Origin: Phoronis australis
Taxonomy: Eukaryota; Animalia; Phoronida
Length of the DNA stretch: 64,000 nucleotides
Reading direction: 5' to 3'
Assembly: GCA_002633005.1 (NCBI GenBank)
Contig: NMRA01000573.1
Coordinates: 189,316-253,315, forward strand
Part shown: positions 18,921 through 33,300 of the stretch, piece after piece
How the letters are laid out: every line of letters starts with the position of its first letter
How positions within the stretch are numbered: position 1 is the first letter of the stretch
The notes under the pieces: generated by a model
The model's input: only the letters and a program-made list of their open reading frames with translations
Told to the model about the DNA's origin: nothing
Databases searched by the model: none
Translations under genes and position numbers: made by a program

Positions 18921-20649
18921 ACAAGCACGGCCTGCACACGTCTGCTACAACGTGTATCAGATCGCCTGCAATTATTTTTTTAAACGACACAATGTTTATT
19001 TTGATGTACTCTTGTTAATAAATACTTTTCTTTTTTTACTATTAAATCGTATTATTCATCGGTCATCACCGTCACAAACAGGTTACTACTACTGTCGAGC
19101 AAAATTTAATTTAAACATATTCTTTGTTCATTATAAGTCTAGGATGCATTTGACTAGGCGATTTTTATTCTTTGATTTTTATGGAATAAACTATTCATTG
19201 ACTCTTAAAGGAGTCAAAGAATAGTTTATTCCATAACGCAGCGTGGGTCGCATCGCAGCCCCAGATATCCTTCCGCTCAATGAATCGCCCTGGCCAATAA
19301 TAGACTTATTCTGCTCTTGCGTGCGTTTTTAGTAGTCTTTGCAGTCTCATGAATCCATGCAATCGAACAATTCATTATGTAGGCCTACATTAGCATGAAA
19401 TATGTAATCAAACAGTGAGCGACATTGAAATGCCTGTTACAAATTTCTATTGACAAACAAGGTGTAGACATCAAATTTTTAAAAATATTGACAACAAAAT
19501 CCGGAGATTTTAGGTGGTACTAAATATGGTGTGAAATGCTCACAACTCGTGGAAAAATAACGCAAACTTCAGTGAAAGCATATTGAACAACAAACTCAAC
19601 TCAGTGACATCGTCGTAAGCGGCGGAGTAGTTTTTTTCGCTGTTTTGAAATTACCGCCACTGACGTACCCGTTCACTGCGCCCCACTTGACAGCAGTCAT
19701 TACTGAGATACGTCTCGTTATCCCAGATTAATCTGGCTTCCACGATTGCTACGGTGGTGTATGCCATTTGGATTGCCGGCCGGTAACTAGTTTGAACGAT
19801 TTGCTCCACTGCGTATACTAATTTAGTGTGACTTCACTTACACACTAGGGCTACCTGGGAACACAGGCATAATGTCTTCGGCAGTTACCGCTCAGATAGG
19901 TGCCGACTTTTTACGGTCACATTCAGTCCCCAGTTTACAAAGGGCGCCTTTCCTATTAACTTCACTACCGAAAAGGTTAGCTCTCCACAAAAACGTTTTG
20001 CGACACGAAGGGTTTTATGTTTTACTCTATTTAATTTCACGCGACTTGTTTGCCTCACTTTCGAAGTCGGGAAACCCGAGATACTTGAGAAACGGCAATC
20101 GAAGTACAAATGAAACATTCAGAGAGTATTACAATACGCTGTTCCGCCCCAAAACGCTTCTAGGAATTATTAAAAGTTTTGCAAGGACAATTGAAACTTT
20201 TCCAATTTTGATGAAAACCATCAACAGTCATTTAATGACAATTCAGCACAAAACTGTAAGAGCGTTTTGAGATTTCAAGGTTTTATATGATTTGAGGCTA
20301 GGTTTGTTTTTTATTGACGCCGTTGTTTTGGAATGAAGGTACCTTTCTGTTTGGTAATTTTTAACAAAAAGAAATTGTCACGAGACTTAATCTATGGCGG
20401 GAAAGGCACAGGATTAAACAGTCTTCTTAATTCATGTGGAAAATTTCTCCCTTACACTGGTGACCACTGAGATTCCCTTTTCCCTCGGAAAACTATTCAG
20501 CACGCCCTTTGTATTCAATTGCTATTGAAACGAGAAGGTAATTGCGAGCACTATTTCTCAACTGTTATTACACGGAAATAAATTTTCTCTGACATTTGCG
20601 CAGAGTTACAGCCTGCCAGTGAAATGTCGATAGTATGGGTTTAATGACA

Positions 20650-21017
20650 ATTTACGTGTAGATATTACTTAAACGGTAACTGGGGCTCACCTTAACTAAA
20701 GGGCCATTAATCTCAAAGGCGCGGTCATTTTTTCCAGGCGCCGCGCTCTCTTGAAACGGCCGCTCAGAAGAAGGTTGAACGAGCAGCGGTGAAAATTTCC
20801 GCATACCTTTAGAAATGCTCGTTTTCCTTGCAAGCGAATTATTCACGGCATGTTCCAGAAAATGATACGTCCCAGTATAGGCCAGTGGATCAGTTTTGAA
20901 GATATACTTGCCTAATATTGTATATTAGACCTAATCATGAGTATTTTATACCACCCTCTAACCTAGTTACACAGGTAGGACGTTTTGGGTAGGGGATATT
21001 TCTCACGTTAGGTAAGT
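20650..21017 (+). promoter_or_regulatory. CpG-rich putative promoter or first non-coding exon of the plus-strand gene
   Basis: Locally CpG-rich, with a consensus donor AG|GTAAGT at 21011/21012, followed by a CpG-poor gene body. Confidence 0.35.
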
Positions 21018-24009
21018 TTCGCGCCTGTGGTGTCGGTGACGTGCTGGACTACAAAGCCCGGCAAGGCACGTAGTGTACTCAGTTGTACGTACACTACGAC
21101 ACTTTTTCGTTTCTACTTGCAAACGCTTGTGTATGAAAAGATTTTGCAACATCATGTCCATTAGCTTATTTGCGAAGGCACTCTGATGGAGGCTCATTTG
21201 TCCTGAACCCACGGGCGTCAGCTTGTGATCGTTTTCAAGGATCACAATTTGAGCTAAGAACGCCTGTGAACTATCGGTATCTAACCTTTACTACCAGAGG
21301 GCGCTTTACAAGCATGTGATCAATGTCGTATCATAGACTAATATTGTCATCGAGAAAGTTATTTTGTGGACGACTCTGTTGTGGTTGAACTGAGATGCGC
21401 ATTTTTATGTAAATCTGTATCCGAAGAATTTTTTAAGAAGGTATGGTTGTACGTAGGCACATCTCAATAGCTGTTGCATAATTATTGTCAGACAATGGTG
21501 ACAATGTATACTTTTGTTTTCTGAACCCGGAAGTGCATTGTCTGCAATAGGTACTAATAGACAGTGTCCACCGCAATGAGCTATGTATGTGATAAAATAT
21601 CTTATTGGGCCACCGTTTCTAGCTGGCAACAAACAGTGAAGCTTCTATAGGAGTGCTCCTGGTGGACACGGTAAAAAGAGGAGAGCACGCAGCGTTAAAA
21701 ATGGCCAGCTGACATCTTAGTTTACATGGTCATGGAGTGTGATGTCTATGATAGTCACTGTCTATGCCAGTTGTTTTATTAGTTTATTAGATAGTATACA
21801 ACGGCAGTACATCGCAGGTGTTTGAATTTCCCGATGACTCAAGAAATACAAGGTTGGACACGAGGCTGAGCCCCAACTTCATGCAGGTGTCCCGTAGGCC
21901 TACATCAGACTTTCCGAAAGATGACACACTCTGCTCGTGTGAAAAACTCAAGTGCAGAGCCTGTAGGCAGCCGGCCTTGCATCGATTTTGAGTAGTGGGA
22001 GAGAACACAGGCCCAGATAGTTGAATTTTGTCATTTTCCATTTTTGTTGAAAACTACTGTATGCAACATGATGTTGAACAATGGATTGCAAACTTGTAGT
22101 CATTCACCTTCTTTTATAATGTACGCTTTCATTTTTATGTAGAACAGGCTCAGTTCGTGAAGTGAGGTGAAATGAGAAAACTGGATAGTAGTCCTTGTAA
22201 GAAAACACACAATTAGCATAGAATGAATTTATTATCACGCATAGACATATGAAGCCATTTCTGCAAACTTTTTAAATTTTGAGTGACAGTCTTTTTACCC
22301 AACTTTTTCTTTCCCTGCTCACTTGTTTCTCCTTTTGCCCAACTAAATCAACAACATTGTTTTAGGTATTAGCCATGCTGGGTAATGCAGGTATTATTTA
22401 AATCCAACAATTCAATCACAACACATGAAACTTTGATTTCAAATATTTTAACACAAACAAGTATTGCAGTACTATAATTTCTGTAAGACAGTACTGAGTA
22501 TATTGATAACGTCATATGAAACAAATCCATGCAAAGGCATTATGAGTACAATGCCAAAGTATTGAACGAATATGGATTGTTGTAGTTTTGGTAATATAGA
22601 TTCTCAGTTCATGTATTAAATGTCTGCAACATTCAGCTGTGATGCTTAGACAAAAGTGACTGCGACATGGACTGATACTTGAGTAATCCCGAGGCTATTT
22701 CATTCTCTGTGATATTTTGGTAAACACTTAGAAAACAGGCACTTTAATGAATGAAGAAAACCTGAAATAAATTTTTTTTGTACATATTGTATGTAAAACT
22801 AAGTTTGCTACAGTACAGTGACTGCAACACTAGATAACTAAATTTCAAATACCGGTATATCAAATTTTGATGAAGACTAGAGGTAAAGATGTGGTGAAAT
22901 CCTTTCAGTCCTGACGTCATTTACAGACCATCATAAAATGGCACGATCCAGTAAAATGTGTAATACCGGTTACAATATAGCAAACAAGATCAGTCGTCAT
23001 TGCATGTCATAATGAACAATTTCACTTCAACAGAATTTATTTAATGGTAATTATTTGAGATAAGTGGCCGAACCAAAGTGTGCATGTGGCCGTAAACAGT
23101 GCTAGTATTTGTAATTTATCAACTGCCATTTCAACAAGTAAACCCATCTGATTAATACATAAGTTTATTTTAAGAGTGATTGATGACAAATTGAGAACAA
23201 TCTTAGGAAGGAAACTGTTCACTGTAGACCACCACAAAGAACTTTGGAGAATGTCCTCATTATGGCTTTGTGACCTCAAGAACTTCAATCTTGAGTTGCA
23301 ACAGCGCCCTCTGTGCTGTCTGTTCAGACTACTGCGTCTGTCTGGCAATAGCAACTTGTTCATTTGATGACTAACCTGTCTGTCTGTTAGAACTGACATG
23401 TTTGTTGGGCAAGTAACCTATCTGTTAGACCCATCTAACTTGTTTGTATGCTAAATAACCTGTCTGTTGGTCAAAACTTTACTAAGTAACCTGTCTGTTT
23501 GCAAACTTTCTTGTTTGTTGGATTGTTAACCAGTCTATTTGGGAATATTGTCAATTTTGAACCTTTTCGCTGCACAAAAACAGCACTTCTGTCATAGTTA
23601 TACAAAGTGTCGTGCTGCAAACCATACTGCTCACAAGGCAGTGCAGTTGAGTAAGACCAGTAACCGAAGGTGAAAACAAAAACATTACAGCTGTCAAGGT
23701 CAAGGTTCTTCTTGATCATTACAATAACTGTGTCAAACTCTTAATCCCTGAGGTTGTTCACATACAGGACCTCCATGCTGAGAGGTCGGTCAATAGGATG
23801 TTGTAGCATAGAGGTTGGAACTGTGGTAAATAGTTGTTGACACATCAGCTGTATCGTGCACAGTGATCAGATGTGAAGTACCATTCATTTGTTGTGCTAT
23901 TTAATTCTATAATTCTGTTTGACTATTGTACTGGGCCATGTGTTAAGTATAACCCTTATTACGTGGACTAACCTGGTAACTCGACTGTAACCGTCAAGAT
24001 TTTGAACTA

Positions 24010-24312
24010 CCATATTCGCCCTAATAAGCAGCCATGCCTCAATAAGTGCACCCCCATGCATTTTCACACAATTTTTTGAAAAAGGATCGTAATTAATAAC
24101 AACGAAGTTTGATAGCAATGCACCACAATTTTGTAGAAAGTTTGTCATAGGCTACAGATACGTCGCAGAGCGTAAATGTGATGGATCCTAGCTTCCGATT
24201 TCACCCGTTTAGGAGACCAGGTTTCAACCGCCTTATGATACAATAAGCGCCCCTCCCCCCTCATGAAACGAATTTTTCTAAGCGCCCTGGATGCTTATTA
24301 GGGCGAATACGG
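24010..24312. mobile_element. Tc1/mariner-pogo-type MITE
   Basis: TA|CCATATTCGCCCTAATAAGC...GCTTATTAGGGCGAATACGG|TA: ~20-bp terminal inverted repeats with TA target duplication. Confidence 0.8.
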
Positions 24313-24364
24313 TAATAAAATATCTGTTGACTTGTAGGTCAAGTGATGGACATACAACAAGGCA

Positions 24365-27300
24365 ATGGAAGGCTTTGGAAATAATCTACTTGCATGTCTT
24401 CGAGAAAATGCTGTTTGTCTTCAGTATTTGCGAGAATGTGAAATAGCGGAGTGCAACTTTGTGTCATCTGGATACAGGGAAGAATGGTGCAGGTTTGATG
24501 AGCAGACAACATTAGAGGACAGTGATGATATATGCAAGTTGAACATATCATCAGAAGTGGGTCATTGTTTGCTGTCAATTGGTTTGACATTTCAGAGACT
24601 CAGAGACTGTGAACAAGCTGAAAAGAGTTTTCACGAAACTGATTATTACAGAAGATTGAGCGAAGATTATGCACAATCAAGACTGAGTTTGCAAAAATGT
24701 AATGGTGATGAAAATTCAGAGGAGTATCAATTGTATAGGAGTTACCGAAAGGGTGATGTGTCTCAAAATGTTTCACCTTCAAATGGCGTGTTGCAAGATG
24801 TTTCACCTCCAGGGTGTGTGTTGCAAGATGTTTCACTTCCAGATGGCGTGTCTCAAGATGTTTTACCTCTAGGGTGCGTGTCGCAAGATGTTTCTCCTCT
24901 CGGTGGCCATTGGACGGAATCTGAGGAAAATGCTACAGAAACTGTTCATTGCGAACCAACTACTGGGCTTAACAATCTGGTCAGTGGAGGCAGTTGCCCA
25001 CCAAATGTGCTAGTACAAGAAGCTGGTCATTCAGAGCAAAATACCGTCCATAAGAATTTATCATTGTCTCCTGTTGAAGTTGGTGAAGCTTCAAGTCAAA
25101 CAGTCATGTGCTTGATTGCATCAGCAGTGTTTCAGCAGGATGTCCAAACCCAAACTAGCAGCATAACCGCAACGCAACAACATGCAACACAGACAGGTTC
25201 TTGCTCACACACGTGTGACGCCTTAACGCAAACCAACACAGTATTTTCACAGTGCTGTCGTTGTAATGTCTTTGCTCTTCCACTACCAGAGCAGTACGCT
25301 GTCCGCCTGAGAGAGGAAACATCTAAGAGGATAACTTTGGAACAGCTGTCTAGTATTGTGGAGCAGGAGTCTGCTAATGTCAGAATGCAGTTTATTGCTG
25401 AGCAAAATAAGACTCTAGCCTTGCAGTCTAACATAGAGGACATAAAGGTTAGTGTGGGAATATCTTTCTAGTACATTTTGCAAAATTGGTTGAATACACA
25501 ACACTTAACGACTAGTGTCATGTGTTCAACCAATTGTGCATGTCGGAAAACTTGCTCCAGAAGTACAGCCAGTTAGTACATTTTGAAAAACTTTGTTTTC
25601 GGTGTTTAAAATCCCTCGTACCATAATTTCAGGTACACCCACAGAACCAAAGATATGAATTGCTATGGGATTTCATGAAATAATTGATATCTGTTCTCGG
25701 CCAATCATTGACTAAAGAACATGGGATTCATGAGACGTACATTAAAATTTGTCAAGTATTTGGAAGACAAATTTTAGCTTAAACCAATGCTGTGTTTTGT
25801 TTCAGTGGTTGTACATTGTCAACAGTTGCTACAGATGGCTTGCCAGTTGATTTGCATGATATTTATCAATGCAGCTTGTTTAGAAGAGGCACATTTTAAT
25901 AACATTGCTTTGAAAATCATAGCCTCAACAGTGACAAAAATAACTCAGATTTACACGAGAACTTTGTTGACAAAATGGCACTTTTATTAAAAACGGAATT
26001 TCTTCTATTCATCCAACTTGACACCATTTTTTAACTTGTCACCATAGAAACGTTGTATAAAGCCAATAAATTGGCAATAGAGAACAGGATTTTTGAGCTC
26101 CAAGTTCGTTCTGAGATTTCAAGCCAAAACCGTTTGATCTAGATTCACTGTCAAGTTGCACAAAAGTTTAGTTGTGGAAATATGCAGTCTTTTAACTTGT
26201 TGAACAATTGTTTTGTTTGGCCTCCATTGAAAGTACTGTAGATGTCCAAACTCTAGTCCACAGGATGGTTAGTTATTGTTCAGAAGTTCTTCCATGGTTC
26301 ACTGATGAGTATTTTTCAACTAATTTGTTATTAGTTAAAATCACTGTAACCTGATGCCTTTAATTTTTCTTGTTGCCAGTGTGAATTGGGACAGGAGCGT
26401 CACCTGGCAGCAGAGTACAAGACTCGTAATGATGACCTGAAGCAAGCCCTAGAAGGAGCACACTCTATGGTCAGTGTTATGAAAGCTCAATTGTTTTTGC
26501 CTCCAGATTGAAACCACTCTTGCACCCATCTTACTGTTGCAAGGACATGTAACACTAAGCCTTCCCAGGTGAAGTTATGTTCATTTCAAAGACCATACTC
26601 TGTCTGTGGTTCGGCGTCAACATTGACTATGTCTAAAGTTATTTAGAATCACAATTTTCCCACATGGTTAATCAGTATCATTGTGTTGTATGTATCAGAG
26701 TATCATTGTGTTGTATGTATTGGAAGTTCGGTTTTGTTAAGTTTGGCACAAAAAGTTTTGTTTTATTTTAGATTAACAAGCTAGAGGAGCAGATACAATC
26801 CACAAACCTTTTTAAAGGGTGAGTAATGTCTAAAGGTAGTCCCCTGACTGTAACCGTTAACATTTGCTTCTTATTCAATGATGTAAAATGCCATTACTAG
26901 TAATAAAAACAGTAAAAGACTGAGTATAAAAAGGATAAATTGGTAAAACCTTGTGTTAAAATCACGCAGACGTGTTGTCCTTGTGGATAATTTCAATGAC
27001 AACAATGACTTTTTCCATTGAATGTTGTATTTTTTCTACTTTTTATGGATTTTTATTTAACATAACATTAAATAACTGATCTACCTGACATTTTGTAATA
27101 TTGGAATTTTGATGTCGTTATTTCTGGAAGTGCTAATCGTACAATAAAGAAAAGTGCAATCTAGGCTGTGGTACTTTTGCCTATTAGTGAATTATTTTTT
27201 TCTTGCAGAGGTATAGATTATTTACTTGAATCTAAGCTTGCTAACAGCAAAGCAGCAGAATGCCAGACCAGGGTAGAAGGTAAGAACTTCTGCCATTCAT

Positions 27301-30300
27301 GTCTTTATCTACCAGGGCATGACTGATGAAAGAACATAATTATTCATCTGTTATTTGCACAAAAATACTTTCCCTTGATGTACTACTTTGCTTGGAAGGG
27401 TCGACCAACTTCAGGCAATTTGATAAGGTTTGCAGTGGTTATTGCCAGAGTGATGTGCTTCAAATCATTTTCTGTCATGGCACCATAGGGAAAGTTTCAG
27501 ACTTACATATACATATACATATAGCTTATTTTGTTAAGTAAACACATGTAATCTGGGGCTGGAGTTTGGACTCGAAATGAAATTCATAATTATTTTTATC
27601 ATTTTCCATTCTCCCTACTTCAACTTGAACTCAAATCAAGTCTCTATTGTGCATGAGAGTATGTTATGATTTTCACAGAATGAGTGTTTAGTTCTTAATG
27701 ACCCCAAGATTTGACCTACGAACTGGAGTTCAATTTCAAGATTTCAAGTAAAAACTCAAAATTTCGAGTTCAAACCCAAACTCATAGATTCAGATGAGGT
27801 TATCAAGTGCAAAAACAATTTCACATTTATCCACGTAAATTGTACTAGACTCGAGTGCAAAATAATAGCTAGTGAACTTGAATTTGTATTCATTGAAATA
27901 GAAATTAGAAAATGTCGAAAATAATTTTGAGATTTTGAACAAAAATATTGTACCCTGGGCCTAGCTTTATTTATAATTTGCATTTTGGGTAATGAGTGTG
28001 AAGAATTCTCAAACAACGTTTAACCTTTTGAACCTTGAAATCATGAGGTCACGAGGTATGACCAACCAGTGGTGAAGTCACGGATAATCACTGGTTTGAT
28101 TACAGTATTGCAGAATGAGTTGGTACAGTCCCACCAAGAGGTGCAACACTTGCTGGACAAGTTGGCTCAAATGAACAGAGACAGGTATGGTCCAGGTGAC
28201 ATCAGTGACCAGTGGTCATCTGGGTAGTGAATTCCTTAGTCCTCCTAAGGGACCAGTCTTTATTGTTTTCACAGAAACTGCAGATCTTTTTTCTTGATCA
28301 CCCATTTTTTATAAACATTTACTGAAAATGTCATAGGTCTTAGAGTTTATTGCGTCCTCATCCTGTAGAGGCTGTTGTTGCCGGGGCAAACTTCAGTAGC
28401 CATTACATTGCTATGTGGAAGTGTCCCATTGTGAACTTTGCCCTATTTCTCATCACTGGCTCCATAATACATTGCTATGTGGAAGTGTCCCATTGTGAAC
28501 TTTGCCCTATTTCTCATCACTGGCTCCATTATACATTGCTATGTGGAAGTCTCCCATTGTGAACTTTGCCCTATTTCTCATCACTGGCTCCATAATACAA
28601 AGCCTGTAATCTACGTGAGCAGTGACTCTGCACTTCTCAGGTGGTTCCCCTATAAACCATTTCCATTGGTTCCTTCCTGTACCTTCAGTTGTTGGAGCAT
28701 TACTCGTGTTCCTATACTAGAAATGAAATGATATCTAGTACTATATACCCTTATTAATTGTGAGCTAGGAGTAAGGTGATATCTAGTTCTGTACAAGAGG
28801 AACTGATGAAGATATCTGATATCACAGCCTTACTTCTTAATCCTGAACTAGGAGTAAGAAAACGTTCCGTGCACCACAATCTGGTGTAGATGACTACCCT
28901 GTTCCAAAAATATATTTCTTATTCCTGTTCTGGCAGTGAAATGATATCTGCTTCAATCTTACCAATTAAGAACTGGACGGTGAAGATATCTGATGCCACA
29001 ACCTTACTTCTTAATCATGAACTGGGAGTAAGGTGATGTCTAGTTCTGTACACCTTGAACTAATGACGATATGTGATATCACTGCCTTACCTCATGTTCT
29101 TGTAGTAGGTGTAAGATAGATTTCTGTGCACCACGATCTGGTGAAGATGACTGTCCAGTTCCAAAGCCATGTTTCTTCCTGTTCCAGGAGTGAAATGATA
29201 TCTAGTTCTGTGCACCATGAATTAATGAAGATATCTGATGACAGAGCCAGGGAAGCAGAGTTAAAAGTGTTACAACTGGAGCACGAGGTAAGAGGGGCCC
29301 CTGTGTCTGCTTCATCCACGTAAGCTGTCAATGAGGAATTTTAATATCTTCTTTCTCTTTTTTTTCCATTATTTTAGACTCATGGTGCGCCTCATAGTCT
29401 GCAAAACATTAGTTTGCATATAGGGCGAAAAAATCTTACCATATGAAACGGAAGTTGTGAAGTCAGTCCCAAAATTCAACATCCCAACCTCACCTAACAA
29501 TCGCTACTGTGGCGGCCATTTTGCTTGGGTTGGCTAGTACTTCCTGATTCGTACTCGCGAAACACTCATCTATTAATTACCTAATTTTGTCAGATCTTGC
29601 TTTTCTTGTTGGAAGCTAGTTCTACAGAACACTGCATGGAGTCCCATTAAGCTGGTACCTAAGCGTATTAAACACATACTGCACAAAGTGATGCCCATAC
29701 CAGGCACAAACTACTAGTTTGACTATTATATTGAGACCCTGGGTTAGTCTTGCTTTATTTTGCTTAAAAGTTTGTCAGAAAAATAATCCAAGTTTTGGAG
29801 CAATCTAGGTTAACACATCCATTGTGGTGATGGTGATTGTTGATATTTTTGGTGCTTTAAACTTTCTCAAACTGGTTTTCTTAATTTTGAAAGTGCAGAT
29901 TTTTTAGCTCTTAAGCATGCAATTTCACTTTGAAATTGAGCTTGCAAACTTGTTTTATTTAAACAGTATTACAACAGATGTCCTGATGAATTTGTATGTT
30001 ATGCAATATTACACTTTCCATCGTATCGTTCTATTTTACTTATCTTTCTATTTACTTGGTTGTAGATCAGGACGTTAAAAAGCCTTTCCCATGTTGTTCC
30101 GCCCTTGTATGCACCCACGGACAGCCATGTGACTACCACTGTTCCAGTGCCAGGGTCGTTAACCCACCGTGTAGCTCCACCTATATCTGTGCCAAGAGAC
30201 AGTCATATGACCACCACAGCTGTAGCTGTACCAGGGTCATTCATTTTTAAGGACCACCAGTCCACTTATGGACGAGTTAAACATTCCAGTGTAACGTCAG

Positions 30301-33300
30301 GGGTAGGTATTATTTGTTTTAGTTGTTATGATATCAGTGGATTGTCAGAATCTAATGTTAATGTTTTGTGGACAGCTGAATATGTCAGTACTCAGTTAAT
30401 GACAGCAGGTTGCTTGGTTGTGAGCTCATTTTGATAGAATGTTCAGACAAGGCTCATACTGGGCAAAACAGGGCCATTTGAGAAGATTAGGAGAAGCGAA
30501 TGTTATGGATAGTTTAGAGCTAAATTATATGAAGAATATTGGAAATAAATATTGATTAAGTTAATGTATTAATACTATATGATCATCAACTGTAGTAGCA
30601 CCACACCGTACTGTTAACCATTAGTGTTGGATGGCATTGATACTCTGTGTTGATCTGTTTAGAAGTGTTCGCTGTTTCTTTACTTAGAAGCAGACTTCCC
30701 CCGGTTTGCCACTCTTGCCAGACTTGGATCACATCAAATCACCATCTGAGGGTGTGTCAAAAGGTCTGCAGTCTACTTGTAAACCACTATTTGGTGAGTA
30801 GAATTGATCTGTGTATCTGTGGAGATGGAAGACATTAAAAACTGTAACAAGTTAGACAAGAAAATTCAAACTATAACTCAGAGTTCAAGGGCAGGATGCC
30901 TATTACTAAGGATGATTGGATTTCTATGTTCAACTGGTGGTCCCGATGGCTCAGTGGACTAGAGCGTCTGCATGGTTAGCAGAAGGTTTGTGCCCCTGCC
31001 AGTGGAAAATTTTTTAAAACTGAATCAGTTGTTCATTATGTCACATGATGTGGCCAATAGGTGACGTGCAGTTATGTTAATGATCTGTAATTGATAATAT
31101 TGCCGTGGACTTAGTCAATGATATCCCCTCAACATGTAAAATTAGAATTTCCAACTTGCGGTATCATTAAAAATTCCTCTGCACAGATTGTTTTGGCAAT
31201 TTGACTCTTACGATATTTTTAAGTGTCTTTTTAAATCACTACACCTGAATGCAGCAGTTGGTTATAACAATATAACCTTACCTGGGGTTTTTAGAAGGGC
31301 TTGGAATTTTTTTCTTTAAAGAGGATTTCCTCTTTTTTGGTTTCGATTTCCAGCTTCCTATTTTGCATCTCTTTTTTATCATTATTTTGACTTAATTCAT
31401 GCAAAAGTGTTATTTCAGTTAAATTTTAAAACACAAAAGAAATATTTCTATCACACAAGCTTATTTATTTGTGGAGCCCTCTTTTTTATGATTGGTCATT
31501 CCAAGCCCTGTTTTAGTTATTTTACACAGATGTTAGAATGCCGTGCAGTTACCCATGGATAAAAATATAAAATAGTAAAACTAGTAAAACTAAAACGACT
31601 AGCATTGGTACTAAAATATATTACAATTTCCCCCATGTTTCAAGCGACATTTTAGTCCTGACGCTCATTGTTTTAGTTTTACTAGTTTTACTAGTTTATG
31701 TTTTACACAGAATATTTAAATTCATGCACATGAATTGGTCCTGAATCGGTGTATTTTGTGTTTCAGTGACCAATGACAGTGATGAGAATGGTTGGAGTTC
31801 CGATGACAATGAGGGAGAGAGTCACCATTCTGTGTCGAGCATCGCGAGACAGTGGGAGAAGATGGCCGGCCACCCAAGCGACCAGGAACACCGTGTTCAC
31901 TTTAACTTGCCAGCGTCAGTTAAAAGGTACAGCCTTACAGCTACATTGTTGTGAAACTCGAGGTGAAAACAGTGTGCAGTGGCCTTTGAAGAGTGCCACT
32001 TTGTCTTTTCAAAGTGGTTTTAGTTTGTGGCTGTGCAAGATCGGTTTTCATTTCGTCCTAACGTCCTTTGAACTTGACAAACCGACAAACAGGTTGGGTA
32101 AATGTGACTTTGTGAACACAGCTGGTATGAACCACTTGCAGGAACTGATAAAGCTAGAGTCTGGTGTCGGCTTAGTATTTGAGGTACATTTTTGGGTTTT
32201 GTAATATTTATTCCTAATTATCTAAATTTTAACTGCATCAAACCAAGCATCACAGCATTTCAGTGGTCAAAATTGCCCTGATGTTGTAGTCCAAGTCGAA
32301 TGGTGGTAATCGGGGTTATAATTACATGGAGAAGGTCACTGCAGTAATGAAAATGTGCAACTTTCAAGAAAAATCTGGGGTTGAACAACAATGAAATCAT
32401 GTAATATTTCAAAGTATATTACTCAAGCATAGTAACGGAGGGATAATACCTTGTATTCCTGGTAAGAACTGGAGGACATTCGGAAGTGATGCAATATTTG
32501 TGTGTGTCCAATGGGTGTGTCTGTATAGTGAACTACGTGCCAACCACAGTAAAGTGTGCATGTGTAGTAATGATGCTGGATAACAGTTGCAGCACAACTT
32601 GTTAGCTCAAGGATAAGCGAGCTATTACAAATGACACATTGTGTTGTGTTGGTGTAGGTTCTCATTTTCTAATAGGGCCGTACCGGATTACACGCCGCAG
32701 TAGAATTCTCCGTTGTCCCGGAGTTAAGAAAGCATGCGACTTCGTTTTGGAAGTCTGGCACGTTTTTGTGTCTCTCATTGATGTCGGTAAGGCGAAGAAT
32801 TACACATCCCGCATCCTCTGGCATTAGTCCAGTTTATCAAACTTTCTCATGTCAGAGTTGCAGCCCACAGTACAGCTGCAGTAATACTTTGTTGGCATTG
32901 GAAGGAGGAGTGTAGAGTAATACAACCGAGAAAAACTTAAGAAGGATCAAGACAACAACAAATAACATGCCAACTCCAATGGCATGAAAACGAAGTTCAC
33001 TGCAGCAAATGTGCTTGATGGATGGTTACGGCATTGTGGGTAAATACAGCGAAATTCGAATGTTGGTGTATAATTCAGGACGGCTCTGTTGATGTACAAT
33101 GCTGCAATTGCTTTTGGATTATTGACTTAAATTTTGATTTGGATCACTTAATGGTCAGGTATATAGTGTTTGTCAAATTGTGTCATTTCGTTATTGCCTT
33201 TTTGGCAGAAGATGGGTTCATGCCAGCTCCCAAAAATGTGTGACCTCATTATGGACAGTATACAACGCGTCAATTGCTTGTTTGGGCTCCACCTATTGGT

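Larger units (their letters stand above)
9751..19710 (+). repeat. About 5-kb duplicated segment: 9751-14741 and 14743-19710
   Basis: Both coding and 3' flanking sequence are collinear. Both units end ...gacagcagtcattactgagata. Confidence 0.95.
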
